NCBI GenBank assembly: GCA_963707985.1
Contig: CAVPRW010000007.1
Coordinates: 64,001-128,000, forward strand
Direction: 5' to 3'
Length of the DNA stretch: 64,000 nt
From: an uncultured Nitrospinota bacterium
Lineage (GTDB): Bacteria; Tectomicrobia; Entotheonellia; J063; CAVPRW01
The translations under genes and the position numbers were made by a program. The notes under the pieces were generated by a model. It was given only the letters and a program-made list of their open reading frames with translations. It made no database searches and was not told where the DNA came from. Below, in pieces: positions 52,806-62,385 of the stretch. Every line of letters starts with the position of its first letter. Position 1 is the stretch's first letter.

Positions 52806-54194
52806 TCAGGCGTCGTGAATGCCATATAATTCGATCTTGCGATAGAGGCGATCGCGGGAAATCCCTAACACCTCGGCGGCCTTGGATTTGTTGCCGTTGG
52901 TGGCTTTGAGCGCTCGGATGATGGCCTCTTTTTCGGCTTCCGCCAACGAATGGACCTCAGCCCCGATGTCGAGTGGAACCATTGACGGCGGCCGTTTGAA
53001 GGATGGAGGTAGATCATCAGGCGTAATGGCTTTGTTCAGACGCCGCAGAGCGAAGAGCCCCTCGATCAGGTTTTCCAGCTCCCGAACATTTCCTGGCCAT
53101 GTGTGGCTCATCAAGCAATCCAGTGCATTGCGGTCGATGCCTTCGATATCTTTGAGGTAACGAGCATTATACTGTTGGATGAAGTGCTGGGAGAGCAATG
53201 GGAGATCACCGATGCGCTCGCGCAGCGGAGGGACCTCGATGGTGATCACGCTGAGACGGTAATAGAGGTCTGGGCGGAGTCGGCCGCTTTCAAGAAGGGC
53301 GGTAATCGGCTGGTTGGTGGCGGCAAACACCCGCACATCGACCGCGATCTCGGCGGTTTCTCCGATCGGTCGGATGGCCTTTTCCTGCAGGGCACGCAGG
53401 AGTTTTGCCTGTCCTTCGATGGGCATGTCGCCGATTTCGTCAAGCAGGATGGTGCCCTCTTCGGCGGCGCGAAAGAGGCCCCTGGCGCTCATGTGGGCGC
53501 CGGTGTAGGCCCCTTTGCGGTGGCCGAAGAGCTCGCTCTCGAGGAGGTCTCTGGGGAGGGCGGTGCAATTCACCGGCACGAACGGGTGGGAGGCCCGAGA
53601 GCTGAGACGATGGATGGCACGGGCCACAAGCTCCTTGCCGGTACCGGTCTCGCCGACGATGAGCACCGGACAATCAGCGGCAGCTGCCGCATGCATCTTC
53701 TCAAAGACAGCTCGCATCGGCTGACTCTGTCCTACCAGCTCCTCGATGCCATAGCGATGCTTGAGCTGCGCTCGTAGCGTGCGCACTTCTTCCTGGAGAT
53801 CTTTGATCGTGAGGATCTTATCGATCACGGCCAGGATTTCCGTTTTATCGAATGGCTTGGTGATGTAGTCGGCGGCACCGAGCTTCATGGCTTCGACGGC
53901 ATTCGCGATCGTGCCATAGCCGGTCATAATGATCACCTCCGCGCGTGGATCACGGCCTTTAACCGCTTGCAAGAGCTCGACACCCGACAGGTCAGGCATA
54001 ATCAGGTCGGTGAGCACGATCTCGATATGTGGCTCTGACTCCATATATGCCAGCGCTTCTTTCCCAGACTTGGCCACGATGGGGATCAAGCCCTGACGCC
54101 TGAAAAGCTTCCCACAGGTCTCGGCCATCCCAGGGTCATCATCGACAATCAGGATTTTATAGGGCTGCCGCGCCATCATCCGCATCCTTTGCAT
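52806..54194 (-). CDS. Sigma-54-dependent response regulator (NtrC/AtoC family)
   Basis: REC domain VDDD..D..K, GETGTGKE, ESELFGH..GAYTGA, WPGNVRELEN, Fis-type HTH. Confidence 0.93.
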   Translation of the reverse strand: MQRMRMMARQPYKILIVDDDPGMAETCGKLFRRQGLIPIVAKSGKEALAYMESEPHIEIVLTDLIMPDLSGVELLQAVKGRDPRAEVIIMTGYGTIANAVEAMKLGAADYITKPFDKTEILAVIDKILTIKDLQEEVRTLRAQLKHRYGIEELVGQSQPMRAVFEKMHAAAAADCPVLIVGETGTGKELVARAIHRLSSRASHPFVPVNCTALPRDLLESELFGHRKGAYTGAHMSARGLFRAAEEGTILLDEIGDMPIEGQAKLLRALQEKAIRPIGETAEIAVDVRVFAATNQPITALLESGRLRPDLYYRLSVITIEVPPLRERIGDLPLLSQHFIQQYNARYLKDIEGIDRNALDCLMSHTWPGNVRELENLIEGLFALRRLNKAITPDDLPPSFKRPPSMVPLDIGAEVHSLAEAEKEAIIRALKATNGNKSKAAEVLGISRDRLYRKIELYGIHDA

Positions 54195-55560
54195 CAGGGG
54201 CTATAGACCCCAGCTCAAGGGCCGATACCTCCTGGGTCATAGAGGCCCTGGGTGAAGCCTCGGACACCATACCCGCCAGCGGCAGACGGATGGTGAAGGT
54301 GGTCCCGTGGCCGACCGCGCTCGTCACCTCGATCGTTCCGCCCACCTCGTCGATGATCCGTCGGCAGATGGCAAGCCCCAGACCCGTCCCTTTGCCGGGT
54401 GCCTTGGTCGTGTAAAACGGTTCAAAGATACGAGGCAACCGAGCCTGGGGAATGCCGGTTCCGGTATCATGGACCCGGATAGCGACGGAGCGTTGCTGCA
54501 TGTGGGCGGTCATCGTCAGCTCCCCGCCCTGCGGCATGGCGTCGAGTGCATTGTCACACAGATTTACGAACACCTGCTCTAGCTCGTTCCGACCCACATA
54601 GACCATGGCTATTTCTGTCGCACGCAAGTGATGCTGCAGCCGCACGTTGTTCTTTCGAACCGTGGACTCGATCATATTGAGTACCCCGTGGAGGATCGGG
54701 TTCAGGCGTTCGGTGTGCTTGATCTCTCGTGCGGGACGGCTGAAGTGCAGCAGGCTCTCGACGATCTCTTTGCCATAGCAGAGTTGGCGCTGGATGAACT
54801 GCAAATCCTCGCGCTGCTCGGGGTCTTGGATATCTTCTTCGAGCATCTGGGTACGCAATAGGGCTGAACCGAGGGGTGTATTCAGCTGGTGCGCCACGCC
54901 GGCGGCGAGTTGCCCCATCGCTGACATCTTCTCAGCTTGCTGCATTTTACGGATGAGTTGTGCACAGGCGCGGATGTCACAACTCGTCTCCAAAAAGGTC
55001 GTGATCTCCCCCCGCTCATCCCGGAGAGGAAGAAGGCTCAGGCTGACATCGACGACTTCGCCACACTTGCTTAGTCGTTGGCTGGCGTATTTCACTTCAG
55101 ACACTTCGTGCCCGGCTGCCAAACGCTCGAGGAGACAAAAAAAATCCTCCTGCACGCCACTTGGGAGCGTCGGCAGCGGCTGCCCAATCACTTCGTCGCG
55201 GGTAAACCCGAAAAATCGCGAGGCTTGAGGATTCCACTCGTGAACGATACCTTGGCGGTCGACCACGACGATGGCATCACGCGCTTCCTCGATCAGTTGG
55301 CGGTATTTCATGTCGGATCGACGCAGTTGCGTGATGGCAGCGCGGCGGTGGGTAATAACGATGCCGGCCGCCCAAGCCGCCAGGAAAAACGCCAGGGCGA
55401 TGCCACGAGTGATATAGAGATAATGGAGCGTAGGGTAATCGAGGCCCTGGAAATAATTCTGTTGGATCACTTCCCAGACGGCGAAGACGGCAGCACTGAC
55501 GGTCGCGCCGCTGAGGACAATCCACAGCCAAGCGCCCTGTTCGAACAGCTTCCGTTGCAT
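54157..55560 (-). CDS. Membrane PAS-domain sensor histidine kinase
   Basis: Two TM helices, PAS, AHQLNTPL H-box, N/G1/F/G2 boxes. Confidence 0.92.
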   Translation of the reverse strand: MQRKLFEQGAWLWIVLSGATVSAAVFAVWEVIQQNYFQGLDYPTLHYLYITRGIALAFFLAAWAAGIVITHRRAAITQLRRSDMKYRQLIEEARDAIVVVDRQGIVHEWNPQASRFFGFTRDEVIGQPLPTLPSGVQEDFFCLLERLAAGHEVSEVKYASQRLSKCGEVVDVSLSLLPLRDERGEITTFLETSCDIRACAQLIRKMQQAEKMSAMGQLAAGVAHQLNTPLGSALLRTQMLEEDIQDPEQREDLQFIQRQLCYGKEIVESLLHFSRPAREIKHTERLNPILHGVLNMIESTVRKNNVRLQHHLRATEIAMVYVGRNELEQVFVNLCDNALDAMPQGGELTMTAHMQQRSVAIRVHDTGTGIPQARLPRIFEPFYTTKAPGKGTGLGLAICRRIIDEVGGTIEVTSAVGHGTTFTIRLPLAGMVSEASPRASMTQEVSALELGSIAPDAKDADDGAAAL

Positions 55561-55720
55561 TGCAAACCTCGCATGCCGGGGCCACGCTATACTGCTGCGC
55601 AGGGGAATGTCAAGACCGAGGACCTGCGATTCTTCCCGAAGGCCACCCGCAACTCGTCCACTCCCGGCCTAAGGCAAGTTCCATGCGAGGCTGATGACCA
55701 GGGTGAAATCGTTGCCCCTA

Positions 55721-57139
55721 TCACTTGCCTGTGGCGACACGGGGTCGATTGCAGTCCTCATGGGATGACTGGCGGCGTTTAAGGCGATCCGCCATCCATG
55801 TAACCAGTTGGGGTGGAGTACTGTCATCTTGGAGGGGGCGTGGGTGTGGACGTGCCTGCTGGAAGCGCGGAGATGCTTTAGGAGCCGTGACCATGGCTTG
55901 TTTGGCCAAGAAGTGGATGCGAGGCAAGAGCAGATGTTGGATGATCTCCGCCCACATATATTGTTTTGCTGTCGCACTTCCAGCCCGTCGAAGGCCGCGC
56001 TCACGTCGAGGATTGGCATGCAGCTCGCTGAACAGGGCGGTGAACTCGCGCGGATCGTTCGTCTCCAAGACGAGGGCATTGTAGCCTGGAACCGCATAAT
56101 CTTCTCCGGAACAGCCTGTACAGGCTACCCCCCCCACAGCCATGGTTTCCAGCCCTACCAGTCCGAAAGGCTCGTGTCCGCTATTGGCTAGCACGGCACT
56201 TGCGGCATGGAAGAGCACCCGTCGCGGCGGTAAGGTGATCGCTGAACGGAGGCTAACGACATCGGTCTCTTCCAGATTCTCCATAGCTTTCAGCAGGCCA
56301 TGAATTCCTGGTTCGAGGAACGCCCGTTCGGCCACTCGTAGTCCGGCCCTGGCGGCCGCGCCTAGGACTTCGCCGCCGTGCGCCTCAACGCCTCCGCGGG
56401 CAATGAGTAAGGGCCGCCATCCTTGCTGCTTAAGTGCTCCAAGGATATCTATGGCGAGTATCCACCGCTTATCGGGATCCCACCGTGCCACTTTGCAGAG
56501 CACCGTCCGATGTCGCAGTCGGGCGCGAAATGCTGCGACAGCCTGGCGCTCTGGCCGGACCAGCGCCTCGGCTGGAAGGCCGTTAGGAATGACTAGCGGA
56601 TCCACGCCCCACCTCTGCATCAACTGCTTCATGTAGCGGCTCACCGTCGTGATGATCGCCGCGTCGGCCAATCTCCGCCAATCGATGCGGTGAAAGGAGA
56701 AGGTATTATTCGCATTCCACAGGATGGTGACCTGATCCCGTACGTGCGCCTCGCGTAACAGCCAATCCAGATGCAGAACCGCATCGACGGTGTGCCACTC
56801 TTCTGCCATGATGACGGCATGTCCGCCGTTCTGGATGTAGGGCAACAACGTCTCCTGGAAGAGAAATGGCGGCAACGATGCCACATAGTCGGCGCGCTTG
56901 CCTTCCTCCGCGTCATAGACCCCGGCTGGATGATACTGGCTAATCCACTGACACCAACGGTGCAGGTGTAGGTTGTCCTGGTTTTCATGACCCGGCCGTG
57001 CGGGATCACCAACGAACCACAAATGGGTCTCGTAGGTCGCATCAGCCAGGGCTCGCACCAGGCCTGTGATACGACTGGCGATCCCACCGGCCCTGGCGTA
57101 CTCGTCGGGACCTTCGAAGGAGAGAATATGGAATTGCAT
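55721..57139 (-). CDS. GT4-family glycosyltransferase
   Basis: GGIASR, TVSRYM, VIPNG, ARWDPDK, HEPFGLVGLETMA. Confidence 0.85.
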   Translation of the reverse strand: MQFHILSFEGPDEYARAGGIASRITGLVRALADATYETHLWFVGDPARPGHENQDNLHLHRWCQWISQYHPAGVYDAEEGKRADYVASLPPFLFQETLLPYIQNGGHAVIMAEEWHTVDAVLHLDWLLREAHVRDQVTILWNANNTFSFHRIDWRRLADAAIITTVSRYMKQLMQRWGVDPLVIPNGLPAEALVRPERQAVAAFRARLRHRTVLCKVARWDPDKRWILAIDILGALKQQGWRPLLIARGGVEAHGGEVLGAAARAGLRVAERAFLEPGIHGLLKAMENLEETDVVSLRSAITLPPRRVLFHAASAVLANSGHEPFGLVGLETMAVGGVACTGCSGEDYAVPGYNALVLETNDPREFTALFSELHANPRRERGLRRAGSATAKQYMWAEIIQHLLLPRIHFLAKQAMVTAPKASPRFQQARPHPRPLQDDSTPPQLVTWMADRLKRRQSSHEDCNRPRVATGK

Positions 57140-57366
57140 GGGGGAATCCTCCGGTATGGTAGCGTGTGGAAGCGCTATCGCCCTGCATGAGTGGCATGCG
57201 TGTCCAAGCATGAAGGTAGGGGACGGCATTCGATGCGTGTCCCATCCCTATGGGTAAAACGTCTACGATTGAAAAAGGTTCTGCGGCCGGAGGACTTGCA
57301 TGAACACGAGCACTAGCGGAGAGCACAAAGGCGAGTATCGCTGAGACGGCCGGTCACTCCTTGAGT

Positions 57367-57382
57367 GGCAATTTCTGTACCA
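57367..57382 (-). promoter_or_regulatory. Sigma-54 promoter candidate for the GT-HK-RR operon
   Basis: TGGTACAGAAATTGCC = GG-N10-GC. Confidence 0.6.
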
Positions 57383-57869
57383 GTATAGCGAGCATGCGGC
57401 AGAGGGCACGGCGACAGTATGATGTGCTGAGCTTACCGTTGTCAACTGCGGCATAGTGCCTCTGGAAGTCGATCCACATCAGCTCATCTCATGATGTCGT
57501 AGTGGGCATCCACATCGTCACGAACCTACACAACATGTAGCATGAGCGCCTGCTAAAAGAAAGCCTAAAGATCGCCATCGGCAAATGGGTCACGGGCCAA
57601 TAGGGACAGTAATGCCTGGCTGTTAAAGGGCTTACTCAAAAATCTATGTGCCCCCGAGCCCCTCGCCCACCGATGGGTGGCTCTAGATCCGAATTGGACG
57701 CCTTGGGACAGAATACCCCACGACTAATGCAAGACCAGGGCAGGATCGATACCTGTTCCCCCTGGTACGGCTGGAACGGGTATGTTAGGATAAGAATCTC
57801 GAATGACTGCTGGCCGCGTGTCGTTTAGGCGCTTTGCGACAACGACAACAACGAAGACAAACCCTGCTC

Positions 57870-58995
57870 ATGGATACCCTTTCTAAGCCTGACTTGGGCA
57901 TTGCCAAGGGAACCTGCTATCTGCTTTTTGCTTATGACGTCGCGCGCGCCATCGACCTCGACCAGGCGGAACGTCATGTGGTGGCGATGAAACAGCGAGA
58001 AGTGTGGAAGCATGGCCGACGTGCCCCCAAATATTTTGAGTATCAGCCACCTCCTTTGCGCATCACTCAGGACGTCACCCCAATGGTTATCGGTGACTAC
58101 CGCAGTGGTGCAAATGTTGACCTCGTGCTGTACGAGTTCGGCGCCGTATCCGTCGTCTACACCATTCCACTCGGGGGAGCTTTGTCGGCACTGCTGACGC
58201 TGAGCAACGATCTGTACGAGACCACTTCCCTTCTTGCAGATGCGCGCACGCATGTCGAGCGGCTATTGGCAGTGATTGGCAGTGCAGTCTCCAAGCCAAA
58301 TATCGCGAATGTCGTCGAAGACTACGTCATATATCACATCGAGGCGTTTGCGGTACAGCATGACATTGATGACCTGTGCACTCGCTACGCCCAGGATATT
58401 GCCCAGATTCTCCGCGCTGAAACTCAACCCCTGTCGCAACAAGAGGTCATGGATGCATCGACGTATCGCCTCTCATTCGGCGTGGACGACGTGACGATTG
58501 TCGATTGGAATGCCGCACTCATTGGTGGATCGCGAAGGTGATGACATACGTACCGTCCTGGAGTTCGCCAACGTCGAGTTGTTGGAACTACGCTACCTGG
58601 ATCGCAGCCTCGATGATGCGCTCGATCGCTCGTACCAGGCTTTGACGTTGCCGCGGCGCAACTCACGACTTGGCCTGGGCGGGTTCGGTGCCGATCGGGA
58701 CCATGTCGCCCGCATGCAAGTGGACAGTGCTCTCTTGTTCGAAGGGGTGAATAACGCCCTCAAACTCGTCGGCGATCAGTATCTCTCGCGGGTCTATCGT
58801 ATGGTGTCGCAACGCTTTCACTCGGCAGAGTGGGACGCAGGCATCTTACGAAAACTACAAACGCTTGAGAGCATTTATGAAAAAATGTCCGACCAAGCCA
58901 CCACCCGACGTATGGAAGTGCTGGAGTGGATCATCATCATTTTGATTGCCATCTCCATTATCCTGCCATTCTTGCCGGGCGGGTACGGCCATTGA
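57870..58995 (+). CDS. RMD1/DUF155-like membrane protein (frameshift ~58525)
   Basis: FAYDV, YEFGAVSV, DWNAAL, LEFANVELLELRYLD, LEWIIIILI. Confidence 0.7.
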
Positions 58996-59329
58996 ACCCT
59001 CCGGTGCAGCACGCCTCCATTACGAGTTGGGGGGCGTCCAGCGTGTCTGGCAGACGCCGAATCAGCCGCCCGTGTTGATCGAGAAAACTGCTGCCCGCCA
59101 CCGCATGATTCTTCTGTTCAATAGGACATGGTGTCCCATTGCGGGGCATCCTGTCCCAGAGTGAGCTGGACGGAATCCTACAACATACCGTGGGCATCCT
59201 GACTGCTGAGGCCGACTTTGCCGTTTCCACCGTTCTCTAGAGAGGACCTGGGGATGGGATACGGCTGTCGATATGTAGTCAGGCCGCTCGACTGGCACAC
59301 GAATTGCTGAGAGCAGCAGTAACATAAGC

Positions 59330-60054
59330 TGTGTTCGTTCATTCAGGTCGCGGCGGCCAGGGATGAGACGGCCAGTCGTATTGTGGGGGCTGCGGCCTTC
59401 CATGCCGGCTATTATGCTCAAGATGCCCCGATCGATGGTGCGGAGCGTTGTGGTGCTCCCATGTCAGCTTTCACCAGGATCGATGATCAACCAATCCTGG
59501 AGCGTGGTCTGATTGCGACGCCCGATCTCATCGTGGTCGCTGACCGACGCTGCTCGCTGACCCCAAGTCCGGCCGCTTCAGGGGGTGACGGCACCTCCCC
59601 TAGGGGGACGGAGGGGACAACCTCCCCGCTCCTGGCTAAGAAGGACATTTTCGAAATCTGGCGGGCGCACCGCCCACCGTATATCGCCACCGTCTCCCCT
59701 CGGCATCCCGTCGATCTGGCGCGGAAGTTCGAAAAGGCCAAGCAATTCAAGGGCCCCAAATTATTCCTGGCCTGTGCCCCGTGTCCCACAGGTTGGCTGT
59801 ATGATCCTTCACACAGCCAACAGTATGCTAAGCTAGCGGTGGAATGCGGGCTTTTTCCCCTGAAGGAAGCGGTGTCTGGGGAGGTGACGCACACCTACTT
59901 GAGACGGCAATGGCGGCCAGTGGAAGAATACCTCCAGGGCCAGGGACGCTTTCGTCACCTGTTTGAACCGGTCCGGCAGGAGGGCGTCATTCAAACGATG
60001 CAGGAAGCGGTCGACCGATATTGGGCGACGGTGCGCACCGACACGAAAGCCTGA
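59330..60054 (+). pseudogene. Collapsed 2-oxoacid:ferredoxin oxidoreductase operon (gamma N-terminus fused to beta C-terminus)
   Basis: GRGGQG, GAERCGAPMSAFTR, PDLIVVAD, then PYIATVSP, CPTGW, FPL.E, YLQGQGRFRHL. Confidence 0.75.
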
Positions 60055-60182
60055 CAGGGCCACCAGAACTGGCTCGGTGCCCTGATGGAACGTCTGACTC
60101 GCACGGGAAAACAGAGGGGGCGAGACACGCGTGCCGGACGTCTCGGCGGCCGCACACGGTGTCTCACGTCGCAGAGGAGTGC

Positions 60183-60656
60183 ATGATCGTGACAGGTCTC
60201 GCGAAAGATATCATGAATCCACAGGTCATTACGGTGACAGATACCATGGATCTGCGGGAGGTGGCCAAGATCCTGGTCGAAGAGCGCATTACCGGTGCTC
60301 CGGTGGTGGACGAGATGGGCACGCTGGTCGGGGTCATTTCGCAGAGTGACCTCGTGGAGTACGACCTTGCGGCCGAGCATGAGCTCACGGTGGAGGCGCC
60401 ATTCTATCGGCGTCCCTTCGACGATGCCTTGCAGCCGCAGCATGGCTTTCGCATCGACGAGCTGCCGGCGGATACGGTCACGGATGTGATGACCCCCTAT
60501 CTGATCACCGTGACGGAAGATACCCCTATCCGTGAGGTGGCGGCACGGATGGCCAGCTGCGGAGTGCATCGCCTGATTGTGGTGGACACCGATCAGCAGA
60601 TCCGTGGCATTGTGACCTCTCTGGATGTGTTACGCTGGGTGGCGGATCAGCCATAA
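60183..60656 (+). CDS. CBS-domain protein
   Basis: Two CBS repeats (GAPVVD..GVISQSD; LIVVD..GIVTSLD). Confidence 0.9.
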   Translation: MIVTGLAKDIMNPQVITVTDTMDLREVAKILVEERITGAPVVDEMGTLVGVISQSDLVEYDLAAEHELTVEAPFYRRPFDDALQPQHGFRIDELPADTVTDVMTPYLITVTEDTPIREVAARMASCGVHRLIVVDTDQQIRGIVTSLDVLRWVADQP

Positions 60657-60789
60657 ATGCATGCTACCCTCCATCACCTCCCCACGAGCGGTGACTCGAG
60701 TGCTGATGCACCTTCGCCACGGTGTCTGGCGATGCCGTCAGGACGGTGGCGGAGTCGGGAAACGGGGTGTCCTATAGGAGTGCTGGATC

Positions 60790-61110
60790 ATGCGAGGTCA
60801 GATGTTCTGGCTAGGGCTCATCATCCTCCTGTTGGCGACGCCGCTCGTTGCCCAGGACCGCCTTCAGCTGATCGAACAGGGGAGGAAGTTTTTCTTCGAC
60901 GAAGGGTGCTTTGGTTGCCACACAGTGGGGAAAGTGGGAACGCCGATTGGCCCAAATCTCTCGGAAGTCGGCTCGAAGTATCCACTATCCTATCTTACCG
61001 CGTGGTTGCGGGATCCTGCGAGCCAAAAACCAAAGGCACATATGCCGAAAATCGCTCTCAGCGAGGACGAGATACGCGCCCTGGCCGCGTATCTGTCGTC
61101 GTTGCGGTGA
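60790..61110 (+). CDS. Monoheme cytochrome c
   Basis: Signal peptide, CFGCH, GPNL, MP axial Met. Confidence 0.88.
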   Translation: MRGQMFWLGLIILLLATPLVAQDRLQLIEQGRKFFFDEGCFGCHTVGKVGTPIGPNLSEVGSKYPLSYLTAWLRDPASQKPKAHMPKIALSEDEIRALAAYLSSLR

Positions 61111-61131
61111 GGGTTGAAAGGAGGGTCAGTC

Positions 61132-61506
61132 ATGACACGAACTCTGCTCGTCAGCGTTTCCCTCATCACGGTACTCCTCGGAGGATCAGCCGTGGCAGGC
61201 ATGCAGCACCGGATGGGTGGTCAGATGCCAATGGGGAGTCAAGCTGAGACCCAGGAGCCTTCTTCTGGCCAGCACCAGATGATGGGGCGTGGGATGATGG
61301 GTCAAGGCATGATGGGTCATGGCATGATGGGGATGATGTGTCCCATGATGGCGATGATGCTGGATCCCGCTGGTACAGCCAGCGCGGGTGGGCAGCCGAT
61401 GGATCCCAAAGCCGTTGGACGCCTGCTTCAGCTCCGGGGCGATATGCTCAAGGCCATGGGGGAAGTCTTGCTGAAGCATGGGAAGGCGATGGAGGAGGGC
61501 CAGTAG
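61132..61506 (+). CDS. Secreted Met/Gly-rich protein
   Basis: Signal peptide, GMMG repeats; AAGGAGG RBS. Confidence 0.65.
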   Translation: MTRTLLVSVSLITVLLGGSAVAGMQHRMGGQMPMGSQAETQEPSSGQHQMMGRGMMGQGMMGHGMMGMMCPMMAMMLDPAGTASAGGQPMDPKAVGRLLQLRGDMLKAMGEVLLKHGKAMEEGQ

Positions 61507-61558
61507 CAGGTACAGGTGCATCGCGCGGTCAGGAGCAAGACCGCTACAGTCGGCGCGA

Positions 61559-61996
61559 TTACCGTTGCAGCATCATGACATACTCAGCGATCAGGCGCTC
61601 GCGTTGGATCGTGGTCGCGTGCGGCCAGCCGATTTTGCGCTCCTTCATCTCGCGTTCAATGATTTCCCCCCACACCGGCATGGCCGAGTTGCCATGGGCT
61701 CGGACCGGCTGACGGCCGTCGATGGCAGCGATGGTGTGCCGCAGCGGCGAAGCTTCACCATAGCGTTCTCTGAGGCGTGTCAAGTCAGCTGGGCGGGGCT
61801 CCAAGGCCGCGGCCGCTGGCCCATCACCCATCCCGGAAATCCCATGGCAGGAGGCGCAATACCGCATATAGAGGTCACGTCCCTCGACGGCAATGACCTC
61901 GGTTGGCCGAGTGGCGAAATACAGGATGACACCAGCAAGAAGAGCCAGGCCGGCAAGGGATAAGGCCACATCTCGGGTAATGCGGAGTATGCTCAT
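61559..61996 (-). CDS. Membrane-anchored monoheme cytochrome c
   Basis: CASCHG..GDGP, PADLT, AHG..AMPVWG. Confidence 0.88.
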   Translation of the reverse strand: MSILRITRDVALSLAGLALLAGVILYFATRPTEVIAVEGRDLYMRYCASCHGISGMGDGPAAAALEPRPADLTRLRERYGEASPLRHTIAAIDGRQPVRAHGNSAMPVWGEIIEREMKERKIGWPHATTIQRERLIAEYVMMLQR

Positions 61997-62385
61997 CGTC
62001 TTCTCCCGTGTGCAGTAGCGGTAAGCGAACCCTCTGGCGGGCCATTTGCGGCAGGCAAGTGGACGGGTCTGCCCCCAACACTCCCGACGCCTGCTAGAAC
62101 GCTAACAGGAGCATTGTATCAATGTCAAGGAGATGTCCCCGATGAAACTATCGGCGTTGACATCGCTTGATCCCTTCACTACACTCGCGTGCATGCGGTG
62201 TGGGCGTCAAACGAATCAAAGAGTCGGGGAATGTACACTTCAGCTCATGGCAGGAGGGGCTATGATGAGTCATGGATGAATGGATGCCGTGCGCTTAGCA
62301 AGGCCTGTCCTGCACAGGGCAATGTCATGACATGCTGGGGATGACGATCAGAGAAAATCAGACGGACATCGAAAGGTAGCCGGCG

